From Eutreptiella sp. 'Long Island Sound 2002' (Eukaryota; Protista; Euglenida), in contig OZ038378.1 of the NCBI GenBank assembly GCA_964036045.1, positions 145,080,001-145,144,000 on the forward strand: a DNA stretch of 64,000 bases, written 5' to 3'. Positions 39,772 to 53,629 of the stretch are shown in pieces (the first letter of the stretch is position 1; each line of letters opens with the position of its first letter). The notes under the pieces are model-generated. The model worked only from the letters and a program-made list of their open reading frames with translations. It was not told where the DNA came from and did no database searches. Position numbers and translations under genes: made by a program.

Positions 39772-42700
39772 GCACTCCATACATTTCGCTGTTGTTCCCC
39801 TCGTCGCCTTGTGACACAGCCTTTCCGTGTTTGCTTGCCATGCATTGTGCATTTTCTGTTGAGTTTCAGCTCCTCTTTGTTGCCGAAGAAATCAAGTATT
39901 GGGAAGTGTTCTCTGTTGGGCTCGTCACATAATCGAGAAGCAAACGCAGCATGGACGCTGCAAGTGTGGTAAAAAGCAGCCCAATGCACCGGCGCAAATC
40001 CTTAAGCAGAGTATGCCGAAATCCCCTTCGGGACGCACCCGAATTAAATGTCTCGGAACTATGTGGGAAGTTGCACAGTTGATTTTTTACGTGTATATCT
40101 AAACTCTCTCTCTGCTCTAAGGCAAATTGTAGCGTTTGGATTGTTTTTTGGTTGGGTGGGGCATTTTTGACTTTTCGCCAATTTGTTGCCAAATATTTGT
40201 CCAGCTACCAGTAATTGTAGTGCGCCAGGAGTCTCAGGGGAGCCCATACACCGTGTGTGCCATGATACAGTTTGCAGAATATCTCCTGTGAACTTCTGAG
40301 TAAGCAATTGAAGAGATGGAACTTACAGCATCAGTCGCATGTGTCAGGGCGTGCACTGAAATTCAAGTTACTCGGGATAAGCTGAGCCGCAGTGGTGTGA
40401 TGTTTTCAATTTCAGGCATTTTTCGGTGATTTTTCGAATTTAGTGTATTGGCAGGATGCGCCGCTTTTTGGTATGCAAAGGTCGCACTTTTTGTGCCTCC
40501 ATGCATCTTACAAATCGCGGCTTTGTTTTGTTGGGAGCGCAAGGATTGCTGGGGCACACACACACACACACCATTAAAAAACGGGGCATCAATTAATGCA
40601 TTGCCATGAAAACTCTCCCGTTTCCTTTGTGGCACAAATCTTGGCGCCGGTACAAACTCCAGGTTAGACATTATTTGGCACTAGCTTGTAGCAAAATTGG
40701 AAAATTCATTGATGTGGTCATACTCTTGATTTACTATTTTCTACGCCCATGGCTTTATAAGAAGGCAGGGGGTCACCATGTGCCAAAATTTGCACATTGT
40801 CATTGTGTTTCTGAATGAAAAATGGTAAGAGTTGCAGAAGGTTGTTGAACTATTGAATGAAAAATCACATTCTGGGACAAAATTTTCGATGTTCTAGTGC
40901 GCCGACTTTCGCTACACCACTGCACGTGCATGTGATTGGGGTCAAATCACCAAGGGTTGCGTGAATGCATGGGGCAAATCATTCCGATTTCAACTGGAAT
41001 GTAAAGTTTACCATCTGTACACACAAAAAATTGAAGCTTACAGTGTGGCTGCGTTAAAAAGAATATGGATTTTAGAATACGTAAGCTACCACCTCGGCAT
41101 GTAGAAAAATATTCTGCCATGAGCCTGCATACTTCAATTGAGTGCAATGGGGCCCCACTAGCAATTAAAAAATGACTTCTTTTATGGATCACATTGTCAT
41201 AACTAACGTGCACCTGGTCTTCAAAACATTGTAAGACTAGATGTGCTAGTTCTAAAAATATAAGAAGTCAACAATCATACAAGATACCCTACCTGGATTA
41301 CATCTCTTTCTCCGTTTGCTGTTTCATTCTTTGTTACCGGCATGTCCACATATTTCGCTGATGGAAAATGTTAGATTAAAGCCAGACATTGTGAATTTAG
41401 TGCAGAGCATGTGAGGCATTTTGTGAATAGAAACTGACATGACTGTACAAATTTGTAGTGTCTACAAGTTTTACAGTGATTCGAGAGTTGTGCATACTTT
41501 TTGGCATGCTTAGGAGCCATTTTGCTTTTGTCCGTGCTTTGTGCAAGCAGATTGTTTGGTTCGCATGGGTACTCAAAATGATCACCTTTGCAATAATTCC
41601 ATTCCATATTGATTGCCATTGTCCATGATGCGCATTGACGAGGTAATTGCAGCTAGCCTATAACAACAAACGAAGAGAACAAACAAAGAGACAATTATAA
41701 TAATTTTGTTGCCCAGAAAAAGAACTAGCAAAGACTTGATGAGGCGGCAGACTTTGGTATATTGTAAAGAGCCCAAGGGTATGCCGCGTAACGATTTTTG
41801 TTAGCGATGAAGTACGTAGTTCTTTGCGCATTAGGTAATTGAGGATGCTGTATTGCGCCAATGGCCATTGGAGCTCTGTGTTTGTGTGCCCTGTCTACGC
41901 TTTGCCAACAACCAATGCGGACCGGAGCCGGCTCAAATTGACGACCATACGTGGAGCTTCGGAGAACATTATCGTGCGATTGCGTGTTGTTCAAGGGCAC
42001 AAGAGGTGTGCGCATAGCCACTCATTGCTATGGGAACCCTCTTCGTTATCAAAACTTAAATTAGTGGCCGTACGAGGGCCACGATGTTTTGAATGTCCAA
42101 AATTGGAACTCCTTCGTGTACTCAACAAAACATGACGTGCCTAGGCTCTGGAAGTTTTGAGGAGTAGAGATGGAGCGTTTAGACATTGTGTAGTGAGAAA
42201 AATTCCCATTCACTGCCCATGAAGGGTGCAATGAGCCGCCAAGTGTCAAAAATTGTGTAGTAGTGCATTGCGCTTGTATGCCGCAGTTATTGTTTGTTTT
42301 GAGGTGGTCATTGCTAAAGCCTCGAAGCTAATCGCATTAATGACCCTGTAGCTTTCTGCGATTGTCCGAAGTTAAACGAACGACAATTTGTTCAACAAGT
42401 AGGCAGAGTTTGCCTATGTATTGGGAAACAGTGTGCACATGGCTTTGGTGGCTGACAAATTTGAAGAATTTGGTGAATGGGTCGACTTTTGGAGAGCACC
42501 TCAATGATGAAAAAAGAATTTCCGAGGTCGCACTTGCGGTCATAGTATGAAGAAAGTGGATGTGACCACGGCTGCAGCTAATTACCACTTAAGGTGCCGA
42601 GGCCTGTGGGAAGCTTTTTTAATGATCATTTCGGTTTTAGGTGCTTTTTGGATAGCTTTTGGTTTGTTGGACATTTGTGGTATGTGATGGGTATAGTGAA

Positions 42701-43242
42701 AAGTACGCGATACGAATAAAATTTGAAAAATGTCTTGGGTAACGAAAGTCAGAAAAGATGAAAAAAAACGGGTGAAAAAAAGATTGTGCCTTGCGGCGTA
42801 TGAAACTAAAGGTTTGCGTTTGTCTGACACCCCTTTCCGAGTCATTTACTGTCCGTTTTTCCTTTTCAAACTCGCTGAATAGGGTTTGGGTTGAAAAAGG
42901 TTGCAAAGTAAAACCTAGGGATGGAGATGGTTTGAGTGGACACCAATCTACCCCTTGTGTACCCCCAATGTAGTGTAGCACCTCCTTTGGGAGGTGCCAC
43001 AACCAAAAATCTTGTTTTTTAGCATGTGTTTAGCCCCTCGGGCATTGTTTATACACTCTTTGCCTGCTTAGTTTTTTGGTTGCACGAAAGAATGTAGTCG
43101 GGGGTATGGCAAGCTATGAATTCATTGATGGCTTCATGGCAAACCATGAATGATGAAATGCTCAATTGCATACGGCACCACTCCATGTGTCCATGCGGAG
43201 TGGTCAACAAAATTTGTCACCTCCATATTCTCCCCCCATTGG

Positions 43243-43619
43243 TAGGGTTCGGAACCGGTTTTATTGTTTAATCGGAAAAACTGGTTATCGGCAATAATCT
43301 GAGATTGTTTCCAAAACAACCGACACAAGGGGTATTCTGAAACCTAATTTAAACCAATTAATCGGAATGGTTGCAAATTTTTGGATTTCTTCAATACAAC
43401 ATGGTCAATGGTGAAATACAACTTCCAATGTAGCTTTGACCATTGCTCTCCGACTTGCATGGGCTCTCTTTTGAGGGATGGCAAAAATTAGGTTGGAGAA
43501 AAGCATTTAGTTGGAAAAACTAGTTATTTTGAAAACTATTAATCGGCAAAACTGGTTGTTTTCGTAACAATAATCGTTAAAAACCGGTTATTTTCAAAAC
43601 TACCAGGTTCCAAACCTTA
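43243..43619. mobile_element. hAT-type MITE, 377 bp
   Basis: TIR TAGGGTTCGGAACC / GGTTCCAAACCTTA. 8-bp TSD CCCATTGG / CCCCTTGG (7/8). Subterminal AAC(C/T)(G/A)GTT motifs. Confidence 0.75.
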
Positions 43620-45599
43620 CCCCTTGGGGATCTGCCAATGGTAATATACATAACTATCAATTATCAAATTGCATAGATTCTTAAAAAATGTACCTTCAAC
43701 CATTGAAAATCAATACGGAGGGTTTGTGTGCTAACAACTACCTTTTCTCTCGCTTTAATGCAATGGTACAACAATTGGTCCCTTTACCTAACCAATTTGC
43801 AATACTCAGCATATAAAACCATTCATTCCTCCATCAACCCACACGGTCAGAAGCTCATCATCAGGTCAAACACGTCCAGACAACTAACACAAACTAAAAA
43901 AACATATGGTTGTTTGTGAATTGAGTGAGTCTATTTGTATATAGCATGGAGCCATCAAGTGGGGTGGTACCCAAACCCAGTCTTAGACTCAATGGGTTAC
44001 AAATGTTGTTGTTGTTGACCAATTTGGTTGCTATTGTTTAACAAAATGGGTAGGGTAATTTGAAATTACCCAGAATACCCCTCCACTGCCGCCCAACTGG
44101 GTGCAGTCCACGCAGAAAAACACAGGGAAAACCCATAACCCAGTGCATGACAGTGCCATGCCGCCTTTCACACTGGAGAGATATCGGGTCTAGACACCCT
44201 CCGTAGTCTACGGGCAGGGGCACAGGGCAAACCCCTGGTTGGACACCCCCGTGGGAGGGACAGAGGGTCCAAAACAACCATGGCACAGCAGTCCATGGCT
44301 GTACAGGGATCCAGCCCAGCGTGGCTACACCCCCACCCTCCTCGGGCCTCGAGTGGACACAGTCCACAGTGCAGGGTGCAGCCATCGGTAATGGTAAATC
44401 GGATGGGCGTCATAGGTCAGCAGTCCTCATCGTCAGGGTTGCCCCGGAATGGTTGACAAAGTCCATTGTGGCACTCCCTAGGGCAGCCTAGACGTCTTTT
44501 GGGCCATTGTTTGGCAGCCAGAATTTTTGTTTTGGCAAAACTAGCAGCGAAACGGGCAGGGCCCCATGCTAGGCTCGCTGGTGGCACCCCTGTTTCACCC
44601 CTGAGCTCCCCTGTAAGGTGCCCGGGTGTGCCACAATCCGCTAGCATCCCTTGGGGCCGGTGCACGGCTTGCTCCCTCACTACCAGCCCCCTGGCAACCT
44701 CGGATGCAGAAAAGAATCCAAAAAATCATTCTCCTTTACTGTTTACCCCACTACCTTGAGAACTTTGCTTCACACTATGACTTGTCAACTTCTGGAAAAA
44801 TGCATTGTACATGAACAACCTGTAGGATCATGTCACAACGCGTGTGAGGCCAAGAGAGATGAATTGCCCTGGCTTGCATCCCTCAGCCGACCATGGGTTT
44901 GTCAACGACAAATTGCAAAGCAGCACAGCAGTGTGATCCCACACAGAATTATGGATTGTTCACGGCAATGTTCATTGTCCCGGCAATGCAATTCGCCAGT
45001 CAAACTTGCATTCAAATACACAAAGGCGGTCCTTTTTTTTTTGTTGAAGCAAACGAAGTGTCTTGGTGAGCTCTTGACAACTGTTGATCCAGAACCCAGT
45101 GTTGACAGAGGTAATGGCAACACCCACAGAAGGAGTGTGCCCTGGCTGAACAAAACAGCTCAAGCTGCTTGCCTGCACATGTCCTCAATGTGCATCAAAA
45201 TACATTTTCAAAAATCTGCAGCAAACGCGATGTACATCAGACTGACCGAACTTGCTTGTTGCCTGACATAAAATGACCCCTCCACTTAAAGTGGCAAACG
45301 ATCCTGCCATTTGAAAGGCGACCGACCCTGGAATGCTCCAGCGGGACGGCGGTGCCACCAGAGGGCGCCAACGCCGACTTGGCCTCACTTGGCAGGTCTA
45401 ACAGAAATCCACCAGTATGATACCAAATGCCAAGCATTGCACCACAAGCCTAAAAGGGGCCTTAATTCAACCTAAATTGCAAACAAATCCAGACCTCTGC
45501 ATCCACAGTCCATGCAGCACTCGTGTCAACTCAGGGAAATGAACGGAGTTGGTCTCTGACCCTCACACACGCAGATACCTGAATGCCTGGATCATCAAC

Positions 45600-46350
45600 A
45601 CAGGCCTCTGGAAACCGGCGACGATGACCAAGCTACCATTCCAGACGTCATCCCTGACGCCACCAGCCACCATTCTGGATTGATTTGCAACTTGCACATC
45701 ACTCTAGATTGGCACTGGCCTGCCAATGAGTGGTGGCCTTGTAAGACATTCAAAGAAAACTGGGCAACAAGGAACAAAAAACTCATGGTGAGCAGAATGA
45801 TGTACACACAAAACACAGAAGAGAGGGAGCGAAATGGGAGTGGAAAAAACCTGTGGAACTGGAATCTGAAAGTAGTGCTGTTATTGCATGTAGCGCCACA
45901 GGCGGCAGAGATGCATTTGAAAAGGTGCCCCAAAAATATGCAGCACGTGCTTTGCTGCATAGCAGTTTCATGGGATTGGGACAGCAGTGGTGCAGATGGT
46001 TGAAGCACTCTTGGAGGATCTTGGCATTGGGCCTGTGTTGTGGAGGATCACTGTTTTCAGTGCCATTGATTGCTGTATAGGCTCAGTGAGAAGCGTAGCT
46101 TCCTGATTGGCATACCCCAGGAAACCTGCTACCTGGTGCCTTGCTGGCCTGTGTCCAGGGAACAGCACACGATAAAACAAAAAGACAGAGCCATTGCCTG
46201 GTGCCGCTTGGACAAGACCGGTGCTCATGTGTTGCTTGCAGACATGGAATCTTAACTGTGGCCCATGTAAAGGGCCACCAGGGCCATCCATTTGATCTTC
46301 AACGACTGGATGCACCAAGGCTCGTATGGCCTGCAATCCTGCCACAACAG
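45600..46350 (-). pseudogene. decayed RTE-like LINE reverse transcriptase
   Basis: Remnants GYANQEATLLTE...MALK (YADD region), CIFLGHLF (YLG region) and KWMALVALYMG in different frames. Confidence 0.4.
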
Positions 46351-47694
46351 CAAATCCTGCCACCGCGCGCGAGGGTGCTGCATGGCGCCCACCAGCACCC
46401 CGGCAGTTTTACACAAAACAGTGCGGACTCTGCACCTGACGCTTGATGGCGGCGGCGGGCATTGCAAATCAAAGACACCATCATACAAAACGGACCCACG
46501 CTCCGTGGGATTGCACTGCTGCTTGTCGACTGGTCCCTGGGTTTCCCGAACAAAAAACATGGAAAGTCTTGTCCGCGCAGCGCCAACATGCTGCCTCTCC
46601 CCGTAGCAGGGCCTTGTGCAGCAGCCGTGGCGCGACCACCGCGACGGGTGGTGTCACCTTTCCCAATCCAGGGCCTTGGCACACCCACGAGGCACGTTGC
46701 TACCGTGTCTACTACACGAGAGAAGTGCTGAGAGAAGGGCATTCGATCTGCTGATGTGTTGCCCCGGTGCCCATCGATCTGCTGAGAGCTAAGGTCGGGT
46801 GCCCCAACCCACCGCCTGCATTCCAGAATGCAGAGGGCGGCCGAGGGTCCACAACAAAAAAGCAAAAGCCCCACCTTAGGGCAGAGGGCACGGGGGCGTA
46901 TGGGTCAGGGAACTGCCGCCTGAACTCGACAGGAGGGTGTCAGTACAGGGTGGGGGGTCCAATGGTTGCGGATTTTATGCCTGTGACGGACGCCGCCCCG
47001 CCCAGACCTTGAAGAGGAACGAGGTATTCCTGAACTCCTCAAGAGCATCGTGGGCGGGTCCGGGCCGTGCTCAAGCCGGCGTGTTGGGCGGCCTGGGGGG
47101 TCTACCGCTGCCTGTCATGCCCGCGGCCGGGGTGCGGGGGTGCACCATGATGGTACCCATATGGATAACACAGCTGAACCTCAGCTCAACCACCACACAT
47201 GACAAAGTGTGCAGGTGGTTGACAGGGGACGTGCCCCCTGCGCGGAACGTGCTGTGCCACCGGCCCACCACAGGGCGCATGCCAGCATCTGCACGGGCAT
47301 GCGCGCACGGGCCGCGGACGGCAGCAGGAGGGAGTTGGGGGCCTGCCGACGGATGCAACGCAGGAAATTTTGCAGGAAACTGTGCAGGAAATTGTGCAGC
47401 ACAAGCCACACCCAAACGGTCCACCGTGGGGGTGCACGGCAGCGCAGAAGGCCAGACAGGCCTCCACAATCCACACATCACGACCTTAGCCAAGCGTGAA
47501 CACCCTGAAAGTGGTGCCGGAACACCCACATAATGCCAAGGCAAGGGTCAAATTGCCACAAAATGTATGGACTGGTCCCCAGTTTCAGAAACTTCAGACT
47601 GTTCCAGATGGGGGGCCGGTACCGCTTATGGCCTTCGGTAGCGAAGTGACATGCGTTTCAGGAATTCCTCGTTGGGTTGCATTGCATTCGCGGC

Positions 47695-47850
47695 AGTGCG
47701 ATGCAGTGCAGTGCAGTGAGGTGTAGTGTGCTATGTTGTGCTATGTTGTGGTGTGGTGTGGTGTGGGGTGGGGTGGTGCGGTGTGGTGTGGGGTGGTGGG
47801 GTGTGGGGTGGTGACGTGGTGTGACGTGACGTGACGTGACGTGCGTGGTA
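47695..47850. repeat. degenerate pentamer microsatellite (GTGCA/GTGTG/GTGAC)
   Basis: Direct reading. Confidence 0.8.
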
Positions 47851-49673
47851 TGTGCAGAATAAGACATTGATGGTTCAATTCGCAGGACTTCGGTATGTGT
47901 GGGAGCTGTGCATAAAGCATTGAGGGGGACTGTGCCAAAGCACCTCCTTTTTTAATCAGCTGTGCGTCTGGTCAATTGGTGTGTGTGTGTGTGTGTGTGT
48001 GTGTGTGATCTGTACTTTTAGAGGTGGATCCTTGTGCAGCGTTGGGCTGGACGCCTCATTTGGCTCAGGTCTGCTGAGGCCTCTTTGTGACGTTGTTTCC
48101 CTCCCTTCTGCGGAATCAGAACCTCTGTATTTTGCTGGCTAGGTATCCAGAGTGTTTGCTCTCCCGTGCCTCGGCACGAAAAGCGGGCGGACGACATCCT
48201 CGGCCACGGTCTCCTCCAGCCCCCGTGGAACTGGGGCTGGTGGGGACGGAGGGGGGGGCGTTTTCGGCCTCCTGCGTTTGGGGGCTGGAGGGGTGGGGGG
48301 TTGGTGTGGGGACCTCAGCAGACCCGTAGAGATACGTGCAGGCCCTTGCAGGCGTGGTCGTTTGTGGGGCAGTTGTGCATGTGCAGCAAGTGGGCGCTTC
48401 CGGCGCGCAGGCACTGGGGTGCACACTTTATGGTGTCCCCGCTGTGTGTGTGTGTGTGTGTCTGCGTGCGCATGTGTGTGTGGTACTCAGACTTGCATGT
48501 GTGTCTACATATATGTACCTGCACGTATGCAGAGCATATGTGCAGAGATGCGTACACATGGGAGTGCATGGGTTGAAATAGGGGTTGGAGAGGGGAGAGG
48601 GTGAGAGAAAGAGGAGCCGGGGGAGTGGGGGCAGACAGGCTGGAAAGCATAGGAGGAGAGAGGATACAGAACAATGATGCATGGATGGAGGTATGTATGG
48701 AGTGATGGATCAGCCACTTGTCATGTGCACCACCAAGGGCCCCGATTCCTGATTCTGAAGCGACCTGATGGGGATGTCGACTGGTTGGTGCGTTCTTCGG
48801 TTCTGTTGGATCTCATTCTGCAATCTCCCGCTGCATTGTTGGTGCATGCGAATTGCCGGACCGTCCACTCTCCTTTCGTGCAACGCCCGCTCAGATCACT
48901 TCCATATATAGCGTGTACCCCGATATTGCATTCTGTGAAACCCCTGTGCAATCGGCTGCCCTCAGCAATCCAAGCATTGGTGGCGGGACATGGACTTTCG
49001 AGGAGCATGCGCACTCCCACACGGCTGCCTGAGCGGGTGTGTGTTCTAAGTGTGCATCCGGGGCTTAGCAAAGAGGTCTGCAATGAAGATTCTGGGGGCG
49101 AGGGGGAGGGTGAGCGGCAAGGGATTAGGGTCAGGGGCTCTGCTGTCAAGGTAAAGGTGTTGAGGACCACTTAAGCAGTAATCTAAGTGGAGGGGGGGGG
49201 GGAATCCCATGCGCTGGATTCCTTCAACATTGCAAGCAATGTTCGGAATGCAGTGACCAGGCCCTCTGCTTTCAGACGCAAGTAAACAAAACCTAACTGC
49301 AAAGCGGAGGAGGGGGGGGGGGGGCTTCTGGACGGAAATGCTTTTTTTTCTTTTTTAAGTATTTTTTGACATGCCATGAGCTGTGGCACAACCACCCGTT
49401 CATCCCCAAACTGCCCCATTTGCATTGGAGACTGCTCGTGAATTGCCCTGTGGTATGGAGGGAAGGGACGCCCGATGACCTGTTCAATCCTGCAGCAGCC
49501 CTCCCCCACGGCCCTGCACAGTGCACAGATGGCGCCGGCGGGACCATGTTGGTGAAGACGCAGGGACGCAGCACCCCAAGTGAGCTCTCTCGTGAGGATG
49601 CCGGCGGATACGCGCAGCCATCCCCGCCGACTGGTGGTGCAGGTCACCAGAACAGGGCACAGAACATGGCTTG

Positions 49674-49751
49674 CGGGACGGCACCATCAACACCGGATGC
49701 CGATGGAACAACACCCACGGTGTGCTCAACCCCGAAACACACCACAAGCAG

Positions 49752-49826
<75 letters not shown>

Positions 49827-49839
49827 AATGACAACAACA
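49674..49839 (+). repeat. 79-bp head + (CAA)n tail, copy 1
   Basis: Head 49674-49752 equals 50134-50212 with one mismatch; followed by ~28 CAA units. Confidence 0.85.
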
Positions 49840-50133
49840 TTTTTTTTAACCCGAATGAAATGTTCCACCAAGTGTCTGCTGTGCGTGCACAGAGCAGTCC
49901 AAGCGTTTGCCGACAGGCCGGGTGAAGGGTCAATCCCTAGGTAGGTTGTGGTGCCTCCTCTCCGGGTTGGCTGACTGGTGGTCGGACCGAGTCCTACACC
50001 TTATCCTGCCCCTGTCGTACCCAAGTCATGGGTGTCTGGTTTGCTGCAGGTCCTCAGGTGGTCATATCCCCGTCAAAACAATGGCGTCTCCCCAGTCTTC
50101 CAGGGGCACTTCCATTGACCGCATTTCATCATC

Positions 50134-50241
50134 CGGGACGGCACCATCAACACTGGATGCCGATGGAACAACACCCACGGTGTGCTCAACCCCGAAACAC
50201 ACCACAAGCAGAACAACAACAACAACAACAACAGCAACAGC

Positions 50242-50308
<67 letters not shown>

Positions 50309-50349
50309 CAACAACAACAACAACACAAAAACAACAACAACAACAACAA

Positions 50350-50381
<32 letters not shown>

Positions 50382-50382
50382 A
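50134..50382 (+). repeat. 79-bp head + (CAA)n/(CAG)n tail, copy 2
   Basis: Same head, longer interrupted CAA tract ending in about (CAG)9. Confidence 0.85.
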
Positions 50383-51890
50383 TGAGACGTTGCGCGGGAG
50401 GTTTCGTTCCCCGAGGCAAGAGCTGTTCACCACAGACGAACCGCGCCGACTCCTACTAAAATACAAATATACGAACAGTCTGGATGGCAATGCCTGTGCC
50501 TCAAGCACATGCCCCTGCGGGCACGTAGGATGCGAACAAGAAGCAAGCCTAAGTCCAGGAGACGTCGCCCTCAGGGCAGATTCGGGCGAATGGAACAAGG
50601 TGGCGAAGCTCAAGAGGTTTCTCTGAGGTTGGGTATCTTTTTTTTTTGGCCTTTTCTTTCGAGGCAATGGCTACCGCCGCGTACCGCCCGCGCACGACTG
50701 CGCGCCGGACGTACCACAAGGGGCCGCGCTGCACCAGGCGTTCACACCGCTGATCAGTGTTCACAGGCGCTGGGGAATGAGCAGCGGCGGACGGCGATGG
50801 AAGGGACTGTGGCAAAAAGTTGGAGGAGACGGAGAGCGAGGCGGCGATGGAGTGGCAGCGTCACCCGAGTCAAGCGACCCGGGCAAACACGGAGCCTCGG
50901 GGAGCCCGGGCGAGTGCGGCTTCAAGACCACGCCCCTGTGCAGAGGCTTGAAGCGGCAGTCCACCCCCCGATCAACATTCCGGGGGGGCCCTGGGGGCCC
51001 CGCACCGGCAGCGGGACAGGCGGAGGGACCCCGCCGGAGGGCGGGCAGCGGGAGGGCGGGGCGCCCCCCGCGCTGCGGCGGAGATGCAGACGGGGCGGCG
51101 TCCCGCCGGGGGTCCCGCGGCGCAGTCCCTCTGCCGGTCCGCCGGGGGGTCCACGGGCTCGGGCACCCGCGCAATGTTGACCTGTAGCACTGGGGAGGCT
51201 CCCCCCGAGGGCAGCCGTGCACGAGGGCACAGACCCCCCCCCCCCGGATGACCATCAAGGCACCAGTTGGAGGTGCCCCATCGGGGGGGGGGGGGGGGGC
51301 GATGCCCCGAGTGGGCGGGGCCGTGGGGGCCACGGCGGAAGGGGGGCCCCTCTGCGGAGTTGCAGTGGAGCGGGTCCGAGACGGTGCCTCAGAAGAAGGG
51401 GCGGCGGCGGCCGGTCGCCCGCGGGGGCACCCCCACGACGAGCGGCCGGGGGACGCCCCCAGGGCACGGGCAGAGCAGCGGAGGGGCCCGCGGATGAGAG
51501 GCCCGCCCCCGTGACCCGGGCGGCGGCGGCCGCGGAGGGGGAGCCCCGCGCGGCCCCGGCGCGGCCGCTTTGCGCTGCGCAGCGGCCGCAGCGGCGCCGG
51601 GGCCGCGCGCGGGGCGGGCACGTCCGCGCGCGCGCCGACGGGGGGCCCGCCGTCCGTTCGGCGAAGAGCCCGACCGGCCGGGGCGCGGCGGGCCGGACGG
51701 CGGCAGGAGGCCCCTCCCACCCGCGCCCCGCGCCCATCCGGCGCATGAGACGGGGAGGGGGGGCCCCGAACACCGACGGGCCCGTGGCGGTCGCATCAGC
51801 CGGTGCTGCAACGCGACGCGGGGCCGCGCGGAGGGCGCGGCCCGGGGGCCATCGGCGGACGGAAGGCCCGGGCCCCGCGGCCGCGGGGGC

Positions 51891-52122
51891 CTAGAAGACC
51901 ATGGCGCGGGGCCCGAGGTCGTCGTGGTCGAACCCCTCCACCTCCTCGTCCGGGTCGAAGTCCGCCCACCGCTGCCCGCTGCAGCGGTCCACGCGCTGGT
52001 GCGGGGAGCGCGGGGCGGCCGGGCCCACCTCGACCACCTCCACCACCTCGACCACCTCCAGCTCCACCCCCTCGGCGTCCATCGAGTCCCCCGAGGGGTC
52101 GTGGTCCTCCTCCTCCGCCTCT

Positions 52123-52159
<37 letters not shown>

Positions 52160-52652
52160 TGTCGTCGTCGTCCGCCGCCTCGGGCCCCGCGGCGCCGCCG
52201 ACCGCGGCCTCCGGGCGCTCCGCGGCGGGGCCCCAGTCCATGTCCGCCGGGGCTGCCCGCAGCTCCATCCAGTCGCCCGGGGCCGCCGGCTGCTCCATCG
52301 GGTCGCAGGTGGACATCAGCTCCTCGAAGGAGAGCGGGAGGGCCGGCTCCACGAGGATGTGGTCCTTCTTCCGGCTGAAGAGCAGGGACCCGTCCGACTG
52401 CGTGGTCCAGCCCCAGTCGTGGGGCATGACCTGCATGAGCCGCATCATCTCCAGCACGCACCAGTCGCTGTAGAACATGATGTGGGTGCGGCCCAGCAGC
52501 CGAGAGCCGGCCTTGGTCTTGCGGAACTGGGTCGGCTTGACCTCCTTCACATGGGGGGCCAAGACGGCGGGCACCACCCGCTTCTTGACGTCCACCTCGG
52601 ACCAGTCGTCGGGGATGGAATGCACGTACACCTTCAGTGCCACATCGTCCGC
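51891..52652 (-). CDS. terminal exon of DEDDh-like/RRM gene: RRM-like domain 2 + acidic tail
   Basis: Acceptor ...cccgccatcgcag|GCG (phase 0). LKVYVHSIP...GRTHIMF...DWGW is homologous to the exon-2 domain. GC3-rich codons; TAG stop. Confidence 0.75.
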
Positions 52653-52699
52653 CTGCGATGGCGGGGGTCAGGCAAAGGGACGTATTGGAAGAGAGGGCC

Positions 52700-52900
52700 A
52701 TGAGCAACGGATACTGAGCTCGCACACACCCCCGTGGCACAGGCATACGGTCATAGCCACCACTTTCAGTTCATTGTTTTTGCCGTGCTGCACTGCAGCA
52801 CAAACCAGACCAGTCCCGAATGTTGCCTTGAGGTCACCGCGCAAGGCGGCTATCGAATGTTTCGTGGGCCGCCCGGGTCAGCTCTACCCCCTCCCACAGG
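52700..52900 (-). mobile_element. SINE-like copy sharing the LINE 3' end, intronic
   Basis: atgagcaacggatactgagctcgca...cccccgtggcacaggc...ggtcat; body shared with the 27259 copy and a fragment at ~54340-54410. Confidence 0.7.
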
Positions 52901-53629
52901 TGCTGGTTAGCCTTAACCTCGCATCTGGGTGCCAGTTAGCATAAACCTTGCATCTGGGAGAGATATTGTAAGAGAGAGGGGGAGGGGGTTGGCTGGACCC
53001 CTGCTCCTCCTATGGTCCCCCCTACCCTGGCGCCAAAGGCCAAAGGCTGGAAAAGATTTTGAAGCTTCAATCCCCTCCAGGGCGCCCAGCCTACGCCCAG
53101 CCGCTGTCTCCCCGACTGCGAGTGCCAGGCTCAATGGCATTCGTAACCGACAGTAACCGCCCCCAACCGCTTCAGCAACCTCCCCCAACCGCCTGTCTCA
53201 CCGCCTCTGGGGCCGCCTCGGAGGCGCCTTGCCTTCTGATGCATCCCGGTGGGTGAGGGAGGGGGGCTCCTTGGGTTGGCTGAGCCCTGGATGGTACGAA
53301 GGATCGTACTGCCAATCATTCGCACCACATCTCTGCCCGGAGGCATTGCCGCACGCCATGCCTGTGGTACATGGCAGGCCATGCATGACACACCGCCAGG
53401 TCCCCTTCACTCCAGGTCCTCGGCGCCTGACCAAAACGCGGGCGCCCTGGCCCCATCTTCAAATTGGCGATGCCATTCCGCAATCGGGGCGCCTCCCCCA
53501 GAGGGACCCGCAACTCGTGCGCCACTGAAACCTTTTGACGCGGGACGTCCGAGTGACCAGAAGCTGATGCAACTATCCCTGACTTTTGCCCTGTGTCCTC
53601 CAGTTCGCAAGCCCTGCGCCATCCCTCAC

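Noticed and set aside
42586-42674. Possible first exon MSNKPKAIQKAPKTEMIIKKASHRPRHLK (minus) after a pyrimidine tract + AG, with donor gtaatt
   Set aside because: I could not link convincing downstream exons; fragments at ~41000-41900 have no recognisable motif.
48674-49174. WRYVWSDGSA as an RNase H start
   Set aside because: No following AEL, TDS or N..AD motifs in any frame I could read.
49484-50667. PolyQ/polyN/polyT/polyV ORFs
   Set aside because: Frames of (CAA)n microsatellites.
50760-51890. Several 140-320-aa Arg/Gly/Pro-rich ORFs in a very GC-rich tract
   Set aside because: Low complexity, open in most frames, no domain motifs; probably 3' UTR or intergenic.
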